Shown here one piece after another: positions 35,501 to 49,684 of a DNA stretch of 64,000 bases. Source of the DNA: Lama glama (Eukaryota); contig CM052818.1 of assembly GCA_028534125.1 (NCBI GenBank), positions 10,790,001-10,854,000 of the forward strand, given 5' to 3'. The position numbers were made by a program, and so were the translations under genes. Positions within the stretch are counted from its first letter, which is position 1. The number at the start of each line of letters is the position of its first letter. The notes beneath the pieces are model-generated. The model made no database searches. It was not told where the DNA came from and saw only the letters and a program-made list of their open reading frames with translations.

Positions 35501-37839
35501 CATTTGAGGAGAGAGCATGTCCAAATCAGCATAGGGCTTTGCAAAGTTCTTATACGGTGAGGGTTACGTACAGAGCGGCTTACTCTCTGGTACACACACG
35601 CACACATAAATGACCCCTTTCTGAACTGAATGATAAAATGTGGGGGTTTTGCCTTTATAATTTTAATAATATACAGCACAACTGTGACTGGTGTTAATGT
35701 ATAGAATTAATTGCCCCAGTGAGACATTTCTTCCAAAAAAGCAATAATAGCTGGATTCTCCTTGAGAATGTGAAAACCCTATGGTATACTAATAAAATGA
35801 AAAAGGTTCACAAAATAATATCCTAAATAATTGGGTTCCCTGTACCAGAGGACCCCATGTAGTTTCTCTTAAGCAATCTAAAAAAAATTGTGATTATTCC
35901 TTTGGACTTAATAAAACATAATTGAAAAAATATCAGTAAAGTATAACATAGAGCAATCACATCCATGTCCCCTTAAATATTTTTAAAGGTGAAATTCTTA
36001 ACACTTTCTCATTATTAAGGAGAAAAGATGTTTGCAAGTAAATTATGATGTTTACTTGGCTGATAACGTATTGGTAACTTGCCCAGTTCCTCCCCACCCC
36101 ACTGTGTGTGTGTATGTGTGTGTGTGTAATGTATACTTGATCATTAAAACTTTTCAACAGCTCCAGTTTGTAAATAGCCCTTTCCTCCCCAGAAACTGGG
36201 AAACTGCATACTCCTACTGTGTTGTATTCATAAACAATTAGTGTTCTTTGAATACATTGTGAGTGTGTGAGTGTGTGTGTATGTGTATTAGTGTGTGTGT
36301 GTTTAGGGAGGTAGGGAGCACAAAACTGTTCTCCTGCCTGGATAGATGTTTTCATCCCAGTAGCTTTTCTTTTTTTTTCCCCTTTCAAACATAAAGTCTT
36401 ACCCAGACTGAAAATCTCACCCTTCATTCTTTTTTCCTCCTCATAACCTGTTTGCTACAACAACCAGGAAAAAAACAAACAAACAAAAACAATGGCTGGA
36501 AATGAACATAATTTTCCATGAAGAAAGAGGAGCTATGGAGAGTGTTGGGGGCCCGGAGGGAAATGCAAAGAGGACTTGGGACAGAGCCGGAGATGCTAGA
36601 ATGCTGGAGATAGTTGTCCCAGCTACGAGATAAAAGCTACATTACATGAAATTAATGGAGGCTGTCTGCGACGTACATGAATCACTGTTTCAACACTAAG
36701 AAACCAGCACAAAAGAATAAAAAAATCTGAGTACTAACTACATCTTCAAAGGTCTCCTATTTACCCAGCTATACTGGGTACTGATACAAGTGGGGGGAAA
36801 TATAAGAAAAAAAGCACTGCTGTGATCGAATGAATGCGACCATATGAGCTATATTGGAGCCGTATGCATCCTATTTAGCTGATATCAAACACAGTTTAAT
36901 GAAAGTTAAATAGTTTCTGAGGAGTGCATGAGCTGGAACAGATTAGATTCCACCGAGGGGTCTCTCAGCATATTGTTGCTCACATGTATTCCCTGCTCAG
37001 GGCTGCTACAATTCCAGCACTCCATTAGCAATACACAAAAGACTTATGCAGATAGCGGGCATAAGCTCCTACCGCCATGTTGGGAAATAAAAACACACAC
37101 ACACAGACACACGCACACACGGATGAAGGTTTTGTTCAGTGCGTTCATCTCAAAATAGATCTCTGTAATTCAAAACTGATAAGAGCGTTTGTAGGAAGAA
37201 GGAAGTAGCTGCCTATATTTTTAAACAGAGAAATATGTAAACTGCCTCAAATGCAAGATATTGCATCAGGCATATAATGAGAGTTTGATCTTTCAGAGGA
37301 CAATGATGTGGTGAATGCCATGCCCTTTTGATCCACAAGCTCCATCTGGTCTAAAGGTACGGCAGCTTCCTTGTTACCACCCCATGAAGTTGTAGGGTGT
37401 ACACGTCTGCAAATCCTCACACACAGTATCCCTCCAGCAATGCCTCATTTCTGACATATACAGTTCCTTCCAGAAACACTGCTGAACAGCCTATCCATCT
37501 ATTCACATGGCTGTCGCAAAAACTGACATGAATTGCAATTAATAATCTCATTACTTGGCAAAGATTTTTTTTTAACTTCTCTACAATTAAATTGTCTATG
37601 TGCTTTTTTCCTTCCTTCTATCCAAGCACCCCCTGCTCTCTCTTCATTGAGCTGACTTTTCATGGACAGTGACAGCGGTGTTTTAATTTAAATAAACAGG
37701 AGAGATCTTTCACATTGGTCTTTCTGTAGAAATGGCCGGAATGGTTGAATAAAATTGCTTCATTTGCTCCTTTCAGATGAAGAGTAAAAAAACGTCACTT
37801 CCAACCTTAGCTGTGTTCACTTTTTCACTCTTAAATAAT

Positions 37840-37945
37840 TGCAGTCAAACTTCATTGGACATTTATGTCCAGCATTTTGTCTGTGCTAGGCTGGATTCTA
37901 AAGGTGAATCAAATATGCTTCCTATACTTAAAGAGCTCACAGTTT
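37840..37945 (-). mobile_element. L2 3' fragment
   Basis: ctgtgctaggctggattctaaaggtgaatcaaatatgcttcctatacttaaagagctcacagtttag. Confidence 0.7.
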
Positions 37946-38165
37946 AGAGTTTCTCAACTAGGGGGCAATTTTGACCCCCACTCCTAGAGGATATTTAGCA
38001 ATGTCTGGAGACATTTATTTTTGGCTGTCCTAACTGGGGGACTCCTAAGGGCGCCTAATGGGAGGAGGACAGGGGTGCTGTTAAACACCCTGCAATGTAC
38101 AGAATAGCCCCCACAGCAAAGACTTGTCCAGTCTGAAATGTCAGCAGTGCCAGGATCTAGAGAGA
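37946..38165. mobile_element. MER20
   Basis: tttctcaactagggggcaattttgaccccc...gcaatgtctggagacattt...tgctgttaaacaccctgcaatgtacagaatagccccca. Confidence 0.92.
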
Positions 38166-41100
38166 TGATTGTTTCCCAGGAAGGAGCAAGGTGAAACTCC
38201 CAGTAAACACTGAACTTCCTGGTATGTCTACACCTAGTTCCTATTCGCAGTGATATCTGAACACTTGGGTGTGTGGTCACCTGGTGGCACCCAGGGGCTA
38301 AATGAAGCTCCCATGGCATTTTGCTTAAATTTGGGAGTAAATTTCTAAAAGCTTTTTGTAGCCAGGGATAATGCTCCAAGTTTTTGGAAACCCTTTTCAA
38401 TTTCTTAAATAACTCCTTGAGATTAGGGGTAAGGACTCCTCTGTAAATTTAGCCAAGGAAAAGGAAAACAGATAACACTATGCATCTGTCCCACATTCTT
38501 TCTTGGCTTTGGGGAGACTTTACTATTAATATTATTTACACCTTTCTTAAAGGGATGGAATTTTCTCAGTCATCTCTTCTGTGCCCTCTTATTATTATTC
38601 CTTGGGATAAAAATGGCCCCACATTAGGGAGCTGAGTGCCAGTTTAGGGTGCCCTGTCAGATGCACTGTGGTAATCATCTCTATTTCTTCATCTCTGTGC
38701 TCAGATATAATAGTTTCATTAAGAAGCAGAGTAGGTGTTAAAGTTGTCACCAGCTGCCTGTTCTGGTCAAGAAGGATTTTCCCACATTGTTCCTGCTGTC
38801 CCTGCCATCACACTCCATGAGACCTCATGTCAGAAGTGGTACACACATTGACAGTTGCTTCCACCTGGTGGTGACCAAATGGGGGCTACTGTCCTGTTTG
38901 GCAACTTTAACTAGCCTAGAATATCTGTGGAAATATTGATGGCTATGTCCTTCACTTCCTCTTAAATTTGTACTCTTGAGATAATTGGGAATATAACATC
39001 ACTGTGGCTAGAAGCTGAAGCATAATTTATAATGAACTGATGGCAAAGTTTATCTTCTATGACTAATAATCATAATGTAGTAAAGGTAATGTCAGTCATA
39101 ATAAGGAACTAATTAGAGTGGAAAACAATATCTCTCCTTAAGAAACCTTACCTATCTGAGAAAATAAGACATGTAGATGGTACAGTGTGTGCTGATTCAC
39201 TTAGCCCAGTGAACCCAAGTCACGGCACTTGCATGGAATGATTGATTGACCCAGGAAATATTCACATGGAAACTAATTGATTGAGGATGACTCTCATGCC
39301 ACCTTTACCTGTGACATGAGACACTTTACAATGGCACTGGGATGCAGTTGCATGAAGTAGCCCAAAGCAATTATATCCTAAGAAATGACTCCTTACGTAG
39401 TCTTAAATGTGAGTGTCAGCTGGACTGAGTGTCAAGTAAAGAGGCGAGGCTGGCTGCAATAGTGATTGCAAAGGCATACTTTTGATGAAGAACACTGTCA
39501 ATGAAATGAGACTACATTCCTGCTGATTGGCAAAGGTTTGGGGAATATTTTGGAGGAACTTATTACAGTGTGCTGTGAGGATTTCAAGAATCTTGAAGCA
39601 GTTTCTCTTTAACCTGCAGGTGGCATTAGTAGTAAAAATGTATTTCCTATCTTTCCTGAAAAAATATTCAGCAGTGAAGTGAGGGAAACAGTAAAGGGCT
39701 TCACAGCATGACTCAATTAGAGGAGCAAGCCCGATTCATTGCAGATGGCTTTTTGCTATGTTTAATAATCCAGGGAACTCAATGATCCAAATCCAGAAAT
39801 AGTAAACTACAATCCTTATAGGAATTGAAAAATCTGGGGAAGTTTTTTTCTTTCTCTTGAGTTTGGAATACAAGCATACGTCTATATGCACACACACACA
39901 CATGTCTTTGTGATTCTGTTTCCATGTGGGAGGCCAAGAATCTGAGCACTGGGAGCAAACTTGTTCTTTACTTACACAGTGAGAATGAAAACTCAACAAA
40001 GTGTGATCAAAACTCTTTCTGAAACCAGTCCTCTAAGATTCTCTCTCTCATTGGTGCTGGCCCCATGTCTAGCCCCAGAGAAATCGTGCATTGCTAGCAT
40101 AGTGGTTCCTGCAGCCACGTCCAAGATTGTATTTTTTTTCACTTCTGCGTGGCACAACAGCAACTTACTTCACTGGCCAAACAGATCCTTGAACGTGATG
40201 AAATACCTGGAACAGAGCCAGTTCAGTGAGGTCTTCCCTCCCAGCCTCTCCAAATAGCTGCCAATCCAACTATTTGTACCTGGTAATGGGAATGAGAAAC
40301 TAAGGCAATATTGCGCTAGAAATTCCAAGGCATCAAAGAGATTACAAACTCAGGAAGACACAGAGAGCAGGTGGAAAAGCTAATGGGACGAGGGTTTGTG
40401 ATCTTATTCTGCGTTAGATGGAACAAGCAGGATAACTATTGAGGAGATGTTAAATAGGGTAGCCCAACATATAACAGGCAAGCAGTCCCTAAGCGTCCTT
40501 CAATGAAAACGTGGCCTTCTAGCAGGAAGAGGAAATGACAAGCACTGATTAGAGTTCTTGTAAATGCAAAACTGGGATTGATGGAAAAGATTCTCCAAGA
40601 ACAGACTGCTAACCGCTAACTAGTAAAGTTACAGGTTGTTCTAAAGTGAGCATTTTCTTCTCTGAAGTTTCTCACACTTAAGTGCTTTTTGTTTATGCCT
40701 CTGCTTCCCTTCCAATGGACATTTCAGTATTTTGTTGCTTCCTAACAGTCCTAATCAATATGCCAAAAGTAGATCTCTAGCCATGAGATCTATTTCTCAA
40801 AGTTCTTTTTGGATAAACTGATATGAAGACCAATGTTTTATCAATTATTTACCACTGGTATAATATGATGCTGTCGATCAGTGAATCACTAACTTATACT
40901 GAGTCTGCAAGTTACAGTGTAAATTTCCCCCTTTCTCACTAGCCTCTGTCTAGCATTGCTATTTCTCTGGCTCCAGTACTCAGGTGCTCTAACTCCCAGG
41001 AAGCCTAGCTCCTTCTACCACCACCAGTATTGGTGGGAGTTTCTATCAGAAAGCCCACTGCCACTGCCTGCATCTCTCACTGCAACCTCGGCTTTGACTG

Positions 41101-41741
41101 GATTCTGCTGTGCCTTTGAGCTCTGTTGTTCCCTGCAGTGGGTGGTACCCTGGAGCCCAGAGAGCCCACCAGGCTGCACAGCTGACCTGTGGGGAAGTGG
41201 CAGAGGTGGCCTTCCTCTCCATTGGTGTCATCTGCTATCAGAGGGGCTTCCAGCAGTGTTGTCTATGCCTGAAGGCAGAGAATAGTTAGCGAAAGAGCTT
41301 CTCCAGTAGTAACTTATGTCTTCCGAGCACTCCAGAGAACTCAGAATCAAGTATCCTGGAGGCTGGGCTGGGACACAGAACCACCATACATATCCAAGAC
41401 GCAAACAATCCAGTGCCTGGCTGGGGCTTCCTACCTTAGATACACTGCGTGCCAGAACCTGTGCTCTCCAATCTAACCTGACACACTATGTGCAACTTGA
41501 CTTTACACTCAAAGTAGTCTTATTCCACTGCCCCATTGTCCTTTCCTCCTACTAGGTCTTGCTGGGGACATGAACACCCTGGTTTCTTCTCTCTGGTCTC
41601 CTTACTCCAGATCTTGGACACTTTAAAAACAGATCATCTGGTCTCCTTATTTAGATTAAAATGTTATGTGAACTAGAATTTCGGACATGTGGTATGATAA
41701 AGGATTTTTCTTTCTAATTTGAAAAGTTATTATCTATACCA

Positions 41742-42103
41742 TGCAATAGATTGAAGATTTGTGTTTCCCCGCAAATACTTACGTGGAGACTCCAATCGCC
41801 AAAGTGATAGTGTTTGGAAATGGGGGCCTTTGGGCGATAACTGGATCATGAGGGTGGGGCCCTCATGATGCGATTAGTGCCCTTATAGGAAGAGACCTGA
41901 GATAGCTTGCTTCCTCTTTTTTTCTCTTTCTGCCTTGTGAGGGCACAGCAAGAATATGGCCAATTGCAAAACAGGAAGAGGGCTCTTACCAGGATCAGTT
42001 ATGCTGGCACCCTGATCTTGGACTCGTCAGATTCCAGAATTGTGGGAAAATTTCTTTTTTAAGCCACCCAGTCTGTTTTATTTTGTTACAGCAGACTAAG
42101 ACA
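41742..42103 (+). mobile_element. MLT1A-like solo LTR
   Basis: gatcatgagggtggggccctcatgatgcgattagtgcccttata...tgctggcaccctgatcttggact...gactaagaca. Confidence 0.92.
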
Positions 42104-42775
42104 CATGGTGATAAAGTGTTTCCCAGTTGGTTTTATAGTTAACAAATAACTTCTTAAACATCACATGAAACCAAGACAATCTTAGAAAATCTGGACACAT
42201 GACTGCCTCCGCTTCAGTGTAAGCAATGGTAATGAACTTCAGCAGCTGAGAAAACATTGTACTCAGGCACCTCTACTTGGAATTCTCTTATTAGTCAGTT
42301 CATTCTGTCAGGATTTTAGCTTCTGTATGTTATAGACTATATGGGATGTATGTGACAGTTTGTGACACCCCTGCAACTTAATTATGTTGCATAATGATAA
42401 TCTCTCCCTTGACTGTGCTTTCTGTTCCTGGCCTGCTCCTTGAATGGGTCATGGGCCCTCAGTTTTCACTTGTACAACTGTTGTACACTCTTCAACTCAT
42501 TTACATCTCAGCAGCCTTGGTGAAACCTTATTTCACTTTTATCAAATTCTTTTCAAAGATCCTTTATGGATAAGATGGGCGTTGGTTTTATGATAGCTCA
42601 AATATATGCCTCCCATCTCTGACCATGTGGAAGATGGAAATCACCAGTCTTTATAGATCCTCTAGTATGTGTTTGCCTTTTGCTTCCCTTGTACTTGTTT
42701 TCATCTTTACTCTACAAATATACACTGGACTAGCTTCAAGTTGCCCCCAACCCTATGATCCATAATTCCTCCAAG

Positions 42776-42776
<1 letters not shown>

Positions 42777-42811
<35 letters not shown>

Positions 42812-42812
42812 A
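42777..42812. repeat. (CA)n microsatellite
   Basis: About 18 CA units with one interruption. Confidence 0.95.
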
Positions 42813-42837
42813 GATTCTCCTTCGAGTATGCGCAATT

Positions 42838-43130
42838 AAAAAGGTACAGCTTCCAGTTAGAAGATGAATAAGTTCTGAAGATCTAATGTACAGCACAGTG
42901 ATTATACTTAATAATACTGTATTATATACATGAAAGTTGCTAACAGGGTAAAACTTAAATATCCTTGTTACAAAAAAGGAATTGTAATTATGTGACGTGA
43001 TGGAGGTGTTAGCTAATGCTATGATGGTAGTTATTTTGCAATATACAGATGTTTCAAATCATAACACTGGACACCTTAAACTTCCACAGTGTTGTATGCC
43101 AGTTATATCTCAGTAAAGCTAGAAAAGAAA
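42838..43130 (+). mobile_element. L1MA9-like 3' end, severely 5'-truncated
   Basis: gaataagttctgaagatctaatgtacagc...taattatgtgacgtgatggaggtgttagctaa...tatatctcagtaaagct. TSD AGTATGCGCAATT (42825-42837) / AGTATATGCAATT (43131-43143). Confidence 0.9.
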
Positions 43131-43294
43131 AGTATATGCAATTGAATCCAGTTATTCATTTCTACGTCCTACTCTATGCACAGTTCTGGAGAGACTCATG
43201 ATTACAAAACAATGGGCACATCAGATTTTTAGAGCAGACAGGTTAAACTACTGGGGAGGGCAAGATATAGAAAGTATGAAGGAAGGATATGGGA

Positions 43295-43473
43295 GAGAGG
43301 AAATCTAGGGCTTGAGTACTGGCTTTACAACTTAACCACTCTCTGTTTCAGCTTACTTATCTTGGACATAGGAATCATAATACTTGTTCTCTGTATTTTA
43401 TACTGATATCAAAGCAAATACAATGAAAGAAATACTTTGAAAAACAAAAAAATAGTGTGCAAACATAAGGATG
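43295..43473 (+). mobile_element. MIR fragment
   Basis: acttaaccactctctgtttcagcttacttatc...gaaatactttgaaaa...gtgcaaacataagg. Confidence 0.6.
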
Positions 43474-44489
43474 GCTCGTGTTAGATTTATTACTGCTTAA
43501 AACATCTAGGTTACTGGCGGGATGCTTGGCAGTGCTGAGGAGACCCACCGGCGCGGAACTGATGTAACACCTGCACTTGCTACGGCAAACTTGTATCCCT
43601 TTGAGATGCGTGTTCCTGGATTTGGGCCTTGTGGGCAATGGTATGCTAGGTTTTGTCTCACCCTTTATGAAAATTCTTTTTCATCCATTCATTTGACAGA
43701 GAAAACCAAAACATGACAAGAGATGATTGTCTCCAAAGAAAAGTGTGAGTGTAGAGTGGGTGATGCGTGGGGAGATGCCTCTGTCAGGGGTGAATACAGA
43801 GGGAGTGTGGAAAGCACTTTGGACTTTGCAGCTGGAAGATGCAGTGAAAGGAGCTAAGGAGGAAGCTTTTATTTATTTTATTTAATTTTTTCAAGAGTGC
43901 TAGCCCTTCAAAAAAGGAAACACTGGACCCGGTAAATCTCAGGCATTTTTAGAAAGGACTTTAAGACCCATTTGTTTTGACTTAGGTGTGCATATTTCTA
44001 AATTTCTGCCCCCTTACAAACACATTTGTTCTCACCATATTGCAACAGATCTGCATTCCTAGCCAGTTCCCTTGAATTCTTAATTCTTGTTAACAACTCT
44101 GGCAATTAACCAATTACTCCGTCCACTGAAGGACTCAGGGAGGAAGGGACTGATGATTTATAGTGGCATCGCATCCGTGCTTGTTGAATTGAACTCAATT
44201 GCTGGAGTACTTCATTTAGAGAATAGATGGGCAAGTGAGTAGCCAACAGGCTGAAGCCAATCAAAAGACTAAAACTGCGAACAGGTGACAGGTTGGAAGT
44301 GCTGCTTCCTCTGACTATTTTGTGCTGTTTCTCAACTCCTGTTTCCAGAACTTAATGAAAAGCCTGATGCTGCCTATGTGAGTCATTCAGCTAATCCAGT
44401 GCTGACGGTTTTACAGAATGGTGGAACCACAGTATTTAAGGAGTCTTACAAGTTGTCTAGCCTGCGAGTGCAGGGAGCCGTTCTACAAT

Positions 44490-44780
44490 GCCCAAGTGAA
44501 TGGCTATTTAGAACCTTTACAGATAGAATCAGTGATGACTTTGGAAGGCAGCTCATTCCACTGCTGGATAACACTGTTTGTTGGAAAGTCTCCCTTAAAA
44601 TTAGAAAAAAAAAAGTCCTCCTCTTTGTAGTTTATGCTCACCACTGATCCTACTTTTGTCCTGTGAAGCAAATCCAGAATAATTCTTCTCTCTCTCCTAG
44701 ATAATGTGCCTCCAGAACTCGAGAAGAGCTTTCTGTCTCCACCCTCTTTCTTCACTGCAGTTCCTCTAATGCTTAAGCAG
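44490..44780 (-). mobile_element. L3/CR1 fragment
   Basis: aggcagctcattccactgctggataacactgtttgttggaaagtctccctta...ccactgatcctacttttgtcct. Confidence 0.75.
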
Positions 44781-46195
44781 CATGTTTTTCTTATCTCTTT
44801 CTAGAATCATCTAAAGATGCCCTTTCCTTTTCCAAGGCTCGTCTTACATTGCAGCACCAAAATTTTAATGCCATTGTCAATATTGCATCTCTTGTGAGCC
44901 CTGTTCCTGCCATTTAACATTCCCATATTATCTTTGGTCCCAGTAAACCATAGATTCTGGGGGAGTTATTCAGTTAAAGCCAATAAAATGGCCAGGAACA
45001 TTCTGATGACATTTGCTAGGTCTTACCTGGAATAACTTTTGGAGTCATCATTTCTGTTTCAAGAACTGTTTCTAGGGCTGTGTGGCATGGCTTGAACTTT
45101 TGATGTGCTCTTTAAGATAATCTAAATTTACTGAGTTAATAAAACTATAGACACCGATAAAGGCAATAATAAAGCAAGGGGAGGTAAGCAATGATGCCAG
45201 CCAGAGGGGGGAAAAGGAAAGCTGCTCGGGGGAGAGGCAGGGAAATGGTTCTTGCAGAAAAGAAAGCTCTTTGGTGCTAGTAATGGAGTCAGCCCAAAGG
45301 GCAGGACTGACCAGGTGTGCAGGCATTCCAGTGTGTACATGAAGTGAATCGAGGGGTGCTAAAGAACCACCAATTCCCACATAGTCCTTGCACTCCTCCT
45401 CCCACCAGAAATCCCCTTGTGGTTAACACCTTTTGCTTAAGGCCACTGTAAAAATGTAAATGTTCTCTGGGAGAATAAAATATTAATCCATTATCAACCA
45501 GTAACATCTTGGCTATACATGACCGAATTAGTACGGGCTGATCACTGAGTGGACCCCTAAGGGAAGAGGCTACAAAATTGATAGGTTTTAACTGGGGGAA
45601 GAATGAAGAAGGATATAAAAAGGCAAAGTTTCAAGACTTCGTGCTGCAAGGGGAGTGGATAGGAAGAATAGAGGTAAAAATTTGTGGGTGGTGAGCTACC
45701 TGAAACAAGTGAGGAACCTCTGGGGAGGTCTGTGGCACCCCAGCAGCTGTGTGGATACTGGGAATTGGAGGAATACAGGGAGGATGCTAAAAAGCAGCTC
45801 TAAAGGGATATTAATAAATCTCTTAGGTTGAAACGCTATAGAGGGAGGCCCTGAGGAAATATCTATCCTGAGCTTGAGCTCAGGAACTCTGATTCGGCTG
45901 GGTAGGCATGATGCCCTAGTTCTTTGATTTTTAATTATCATTTCCCACTTCTGAATGGACTTAAATGACTTTGGAGCTGTAAACTATAAGGGGAAATATC
46001 ATTCAGTTCCCTGCTTTTTTTTCCCACCTTTTTATTTTATCCTCTTTGATTTCCCCCATTTTATTCCTGTTATTTTCCTGGCCAAACCCCGAAAGAGTGG
46101 TGAATTAGCAAATGGATGGTAGGAGGGGTCAGAAAGCATATCATAAATGGGAAAAAAGATAAAGAAGAATAATCTTCATATTCTTTATAATCATG

Positions 46196-46700
46196 AATTA
46201 GGACTCTCTGAGTTCCAACGACACAGAAACAACTCAAAGTAGCTTAGGGACAAAAGAGAGTCTATTTACTCCCATAAACAAAGAATGGAAAGGGGAGGGT
46301 AATCTCAGGGATGCCTTGATTTTGACACTTCAGGGCTGGCATCTCTGTCTCCTTCTGTCCTCCTGTGTTTGTGTATGTGTCTTCTTCTCTCTGCCTGTGA
46401 GGTTTATTCTTTCCTGTCATGGATGGAGGGGCTTTCTCCATATTGAAGGCGTGTATCTTCACAACCTCATGACCATGTGAGATATAGTTCCCCCGTTTTT
46501 TTCAGTTTAGTTTTAGGAAAAATATAAAACAATGAAGGCTCTGATTTGTTCAGTGTGGGTCTGATGCTTATTCCTAGAAAGATCACCAGCCAAGGTGCAG
46601 GATGCTGTAATTCACTTATTCTGGATTCCATGTTACTCCCATGGCCAGGAAGCCGATATCTATTGCCAGACAAGAGAGAAGGGATGTGGGACAAACCAAT
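46196..46700 (-). mobile_element. MLT1J-like LTR
   Basis: ttaggactctctgagttccaacgacacagaaacaactcaaagtagcttag...gaaggctctgatttgttcagtgtgggtc. Confidence 0.7.
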
Positions 46701-46865
46701 TTAGAATCATATTAGAATTTGAATCATAATCAAATTTGGAGGAAGATTGGAGGAGTCATTTGATAGCAGTTTTCCTTCATTCCAAATGAGAGTGAAGATC
46801 TTGGTGGAGTTTTTTTACAACCTGCAACCTATTTAACAAAACTGTGAAATGGAATGTATTTGAAA

Positions 46866-47257
46866 TGGAATGAGTCTTCTAAGGCTGCCATAACAAAACA
46901 TCACAGACTAGGTGGCTGAATAGCAGAAATTTACTCCCAGAGTTCAGGAGGCTGGAAGTCCGAGATCAAGGTCTCAGCAGGGTTGTTTTCTCTCAAGGCC
47001 TCTCTTCCTGGCTTACAAATAGCCTCCTTCTTACTGTGTCCTCACAATGTTTGTCCATTGCACACCTACCCCTAGTGTCTCTCTCTCTCTCTCTCTGTCT
47101 TTTCATAAGGACAGCAGTTATTTGGGATTTGGATCTCATACTTACGACCTCATTTAACTGTAATTACCTCCTTGAATGCCCTATCTCCAAATACAGTCAC
47201 ATTGGGGGCTAGGGCTTCAACATAGGATTTTGAGGGGATGTAATTCAGTCCCTAACT
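46866..47257 (-). mobile_element. MLT1A/B-like LTR
   Basis: ggctgccataacaaaacatcacagactaggtggct...ggaggctggaagtccgagatcaagg...tatctccaaatacagtcacattggggg. Confidence 0.92.
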
Positions 47258-49684
47258 TGGACCAATCTAGGTTTCACTAAGGAAATGGACCAGTTGAAGA
47301 ATGGTGTTTTGAGGTTTTTTTCCCCCCCAAATCTTAGTGAGTAGGTATAAATTAGGGAGGATGAACCCACTTGAAACAAATACATAGAATATTTGCAATA
47401 TAAGGGTTAATGATATTCAGATGTGTTATGACTGATAAGGCCACTGAAGACTGGATCTAGCAAACAGGTGAAAGACATAAGACTAGAATGAGTTGGGAAT
47501 TCTGCCTAACAAAAAGGCTGATGTTAGGTTCTTGGAAAGGTCTCCCCAAAGAGGAGAGCCCTGATCTTGAGAGAGGCAAGTACTTCTGTGCCAAGTTAAG
47601 GAATAATCTATCTCTGATTTTGTCTGATGTAGAAATTGGCTGTATTTTTTTGGCAGTGCCATCACCCGAGAGCTAAGTTTTTCAAAAATATGTCTAGGAA
47701 TATATAATACATGTCTGCAAATGTAAGTGCTAATGGAACCCTATTGCTGGCTAATTCCCATCAGAGGAAGTAGCTCCATATTTAAAATATCTATGGTTGG
47801 ACCTTTAAAATTATCATTTCTATTAAAAGGCAGTTTATACCAGAGCTTTTGTTTGAACTAAAGTAAAAATCCAGTCTTTACATTGAGAGACTAATAATCT
47901 GGTAGGCCGCCTTATTTAATAGGAAGAATGAGGTTTGGGAAAACAGAAATAAAAGCAGTTTTGGAAATCTGTTAGGTCTGGGGAATAATTACTATTATCC
48001 ATTGAATGGAAGCTTTATATTTGTTCACTTGGTGTATATTTCATTTTTAATCCTCCTACCTATGTATACAGATTATATTTGGGGTGTGCGTATGTGTGAA
48101 AGAGAGAGGGGGGAAAAGAGAAGTAAAAGAGAAGAAAATCAATGTATGACTAGCATCATTTAGAAACTGTCCTTTAAAAAATATATAGTTTGAAAAGTAA
48201 GAGAAATCTGACAATGAGCAGTCTTTCTTACAGCCAGGTTTATATAAAAATAAGGAAAAATTTTCTCATACATAAGTGGGAATTCATGTATCGTGCCCTC
48301 TGCAAATATAAGCAAGGTTGTGCACATATGTCCCAAATTAATTCTGAAGCAATTTTAGACCCAGATTTGTGTTAATGTATTTAGTAAATAATTAGTTGTC
48401 CATTCCTTCATTAACAGCATATTTAAAAACTCCTTGCAAAACTCCACCTCCTGCCTCAACAAAGTGGCACTTCTAGGAAGACAGAAGGGATATAAAATAT
48501 GTCAAGTAAGATAGGAAAACAAATCAAAAAAAGAAAATTACACATTAGTTGTAGAAGAACATTAGTTTTAGAAATGGGATTTACAAAGGAAGCACTTTGC
48601 TTCCCTTTTACCTTTTCACACAAAAAGGGTGAAGTTGTGAATTGGAGCTGCATCAGTGGGCACTTTAGCATTTTATGATTCCAGTTTAGTATAATGTTTT
48701 TCTCTCTTGGACATTACAATTTTTCTTCCATTTGTAAAGTGCTTTATAGTTTTCTAAGCAGTTTCACATAGGGTAGTTCATTTGTGGAACTAATAGCATT
48801 TACGTGGGATAACAATATTCTAATAGAATTGTGCAATTCGCATAATGAGTTTAACTTGTTATTAAAATGAATGTCACTGAGATAAGATTGAAGGAGGAAG
48901 CAGACTGGTCAACAGTCTTGAGGTAAGTGCTGACCATTTGTGATTTGTAAGAGGCAAGGGTCCATCAGTCTTTCTTCAAGCCTCTTGATTCTGCTCCTTT
49001 ATCTGTGTACTGTCTGTCCTTTGTCTCCATTTTCATTTAGCACAGAGGATGACTTGGGGCAGAGAAAGTGGGAATCAAAGGGCTCAATATCCTGCTCTGT
49101 ACCTACTAAGGGTACAAGAAACATACTTACCTATTTTTTATTTGTTTTCATATATTACATTAAAAATATTAAAGTTGGGATCCAAATGAGCATAGTTGGC
49201 CACTCCTCAGTAGCTGACATAAAGATTTGAAAATATATTTATGCAGAGGTTGACAGAAACCTAAAGCAGTGTTCAGGAGGAGCTAATAGCATTTTACCCT
49301 GTAAAATTGCACCTCTAGCCTCAGCGTAGAGAGACGAGACAGTTTCTAGCGTTGAATCACACTGTCTGTTCTTTCCTCATCTCTTCTCTGCTCAAACATT
49401 GATGGAGGCCTGGTTTCCCACATTCGAGCTTCACACCACTTTAAAATGTTATTTTTGTAAGAAATGCATAGTCACCTAGGATGGGCTAATTAGTTGAATA
49501 GTTATCAATTTGAGGTATTGTTGGAAAAGGGATTGGAGGGCCTGTGACAATAAAGAGGACATGGAGGAGTGGGAGGCGAGAAATAAAATTACTTTGTGTG
49601 AATATGACCATGGGTATAACATTTAACTTTCAAAAAGGAAGGCTAAAACTGTGACAGTCACCACTTCACATTTTCCTTAAGAGT

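Larger units (their letters stand above)
26400..37830. promoter_or_regulatory. Transposon-poor block, candidate cluster of conserved non-coding elements
   Basis: Only a few recognisable repeats in about 11 kb. Repeated TAATTA, ATGCAAAT, SOX, TCF and FOX motifs. No conservation data were available. Confidence 0.45.

Noticed and set aside
35957..36427. 156-aa minus-strand ORF
   Set aside because: Kept open by CA/GT microsatellites (HTHT runs); no protein similarity recognised.
37984..38400. 138-aa minus-strand ORF
   Set aside because: About half lies in MER20; spurious.
45500..45940. TATA-like GATATAAAAAG and possible ancient LTR or promoter
   Set aside because: No LTR termini, TSD or CpG island could be identified.
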